Notes under the pieces: generated by a model
What the model saw: only the letters and a program-made list of their open reading frames with translations
The model's database searches: none
What the model was told of the DNA's origin: nothing
In this document: one piece after another, positions 63,301 to 64,000 of the stretch
Layout of the letters: the number at the start of each line of letters is the position of its first letter
How positions within the stretch are numbered: position 1 is the stretch's first letter
Position numbers and translations under genes: made by a program
NCBI GenBank assembly: GCA_965637545.1
Contig: OZ281498.1
Location: forward strand, 7,378,001-7,442,000
DNA length: 64,000 nucleotides
Direction: 5' to 3'
Origin: Phallusia mammillata
Lineage: Eukaryota

Positions 63301-64000
63301 TTTAAATGGACATATTGCCTTTTGTTGAGAATGTAAAGATGGCCAACTTGAATTGGTACATTGATGTGTAACAGCTACAACCAAGCTTGATTGTTTTACA
63401 ACCTCAAAGGTATGTTGCGGTTGTTTTCAACATTTTTTTAACAAGCAGCAAATATTCAAACGTGTATCGGTAATCATATTGAGCAGCCACAAAACGCGTG
63501 GTTCAGGGACTCGAAGTGACTGCAGAAAACGAGATCGCATCGATAATGAAACGTACACCGCTTTTCGTGTTAACAGTTAATTGTTTGCAGGCCGGATCAT
63601 TTGCCAAGGTTTCTGAGGGCAAACCGCACCACGCACGGGAATGTTGGGCTTTTAGTTTTATAGAAAGATAGAAACAGGTAACCACAATTCCTATCGCTTG
63701 AAAGGTATGGAATGCGTCAATCAATCCTTCCTAATAATTCGGTCACGTTCCATGCGTATTTTAACGCGGTTAGCGCGCTGAAAGGCGTCCTGCCGTTTGA
63801 AGGCCGCCAACAACCCGGTCCATTGACGTCATAGCCTCGTCTATTCAAGTCCTGCTGATGGACGCAACTGTACAGCGCACTTCTCAGTCAGTATGTAGGT
63901 ATGCTGTCTTAGCGGTGCGCTATGCCTTGCTGCACACCACGCACGCAATATTTGGTCCACGCGTATATTAGATCGCTACTTTTGCTTACAAATCCCTGAG

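Overview
Eukaryotic, AT-rich invertebrate nuclear DNA with spliceosomal introns; a tunicate (ascidian) origin is my inference from compact genes and repeat types, not proven. From 2 to 14 kb there are four tightly packed minus-strand genes: two tandem calumenin (CREC, C-terminal HDEF) paralogues and POLE3, all with uninterrupted CDS, and a 7-exon RPUSD4-like mitochondrial pseudouridine synthase. RPUSD4 intron 2 carries a 158-bp minisatellite and a Penelope-like retroelement (GIY-YIG endonuclease). That element has 370-bp inverted arms around a 200-N assembly gap, a 14-bp target-site duplication and a minimal hammerhead ribozyme in each arm; a degenerate 140-bp miniature of it lies at about 1.8 kb. 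From 17 to 28.6 kb a 17-exon plus-strand gene can be assembled with consistent splice phases, encoding an unrecognised protein of about 993 aa with an EF-hand near its C-terminus. Several hAT-type MITEs with 8-bp TSDs are scattered through the window. The remaining 35 kb is CpG-rich and nearly free of recognisable genes: one type II membrane ORF, one candidate small spliced gene, a 68-bp fold-back and paired CRE sites. No rRNA, intact tRNA or CRISPR array was found.
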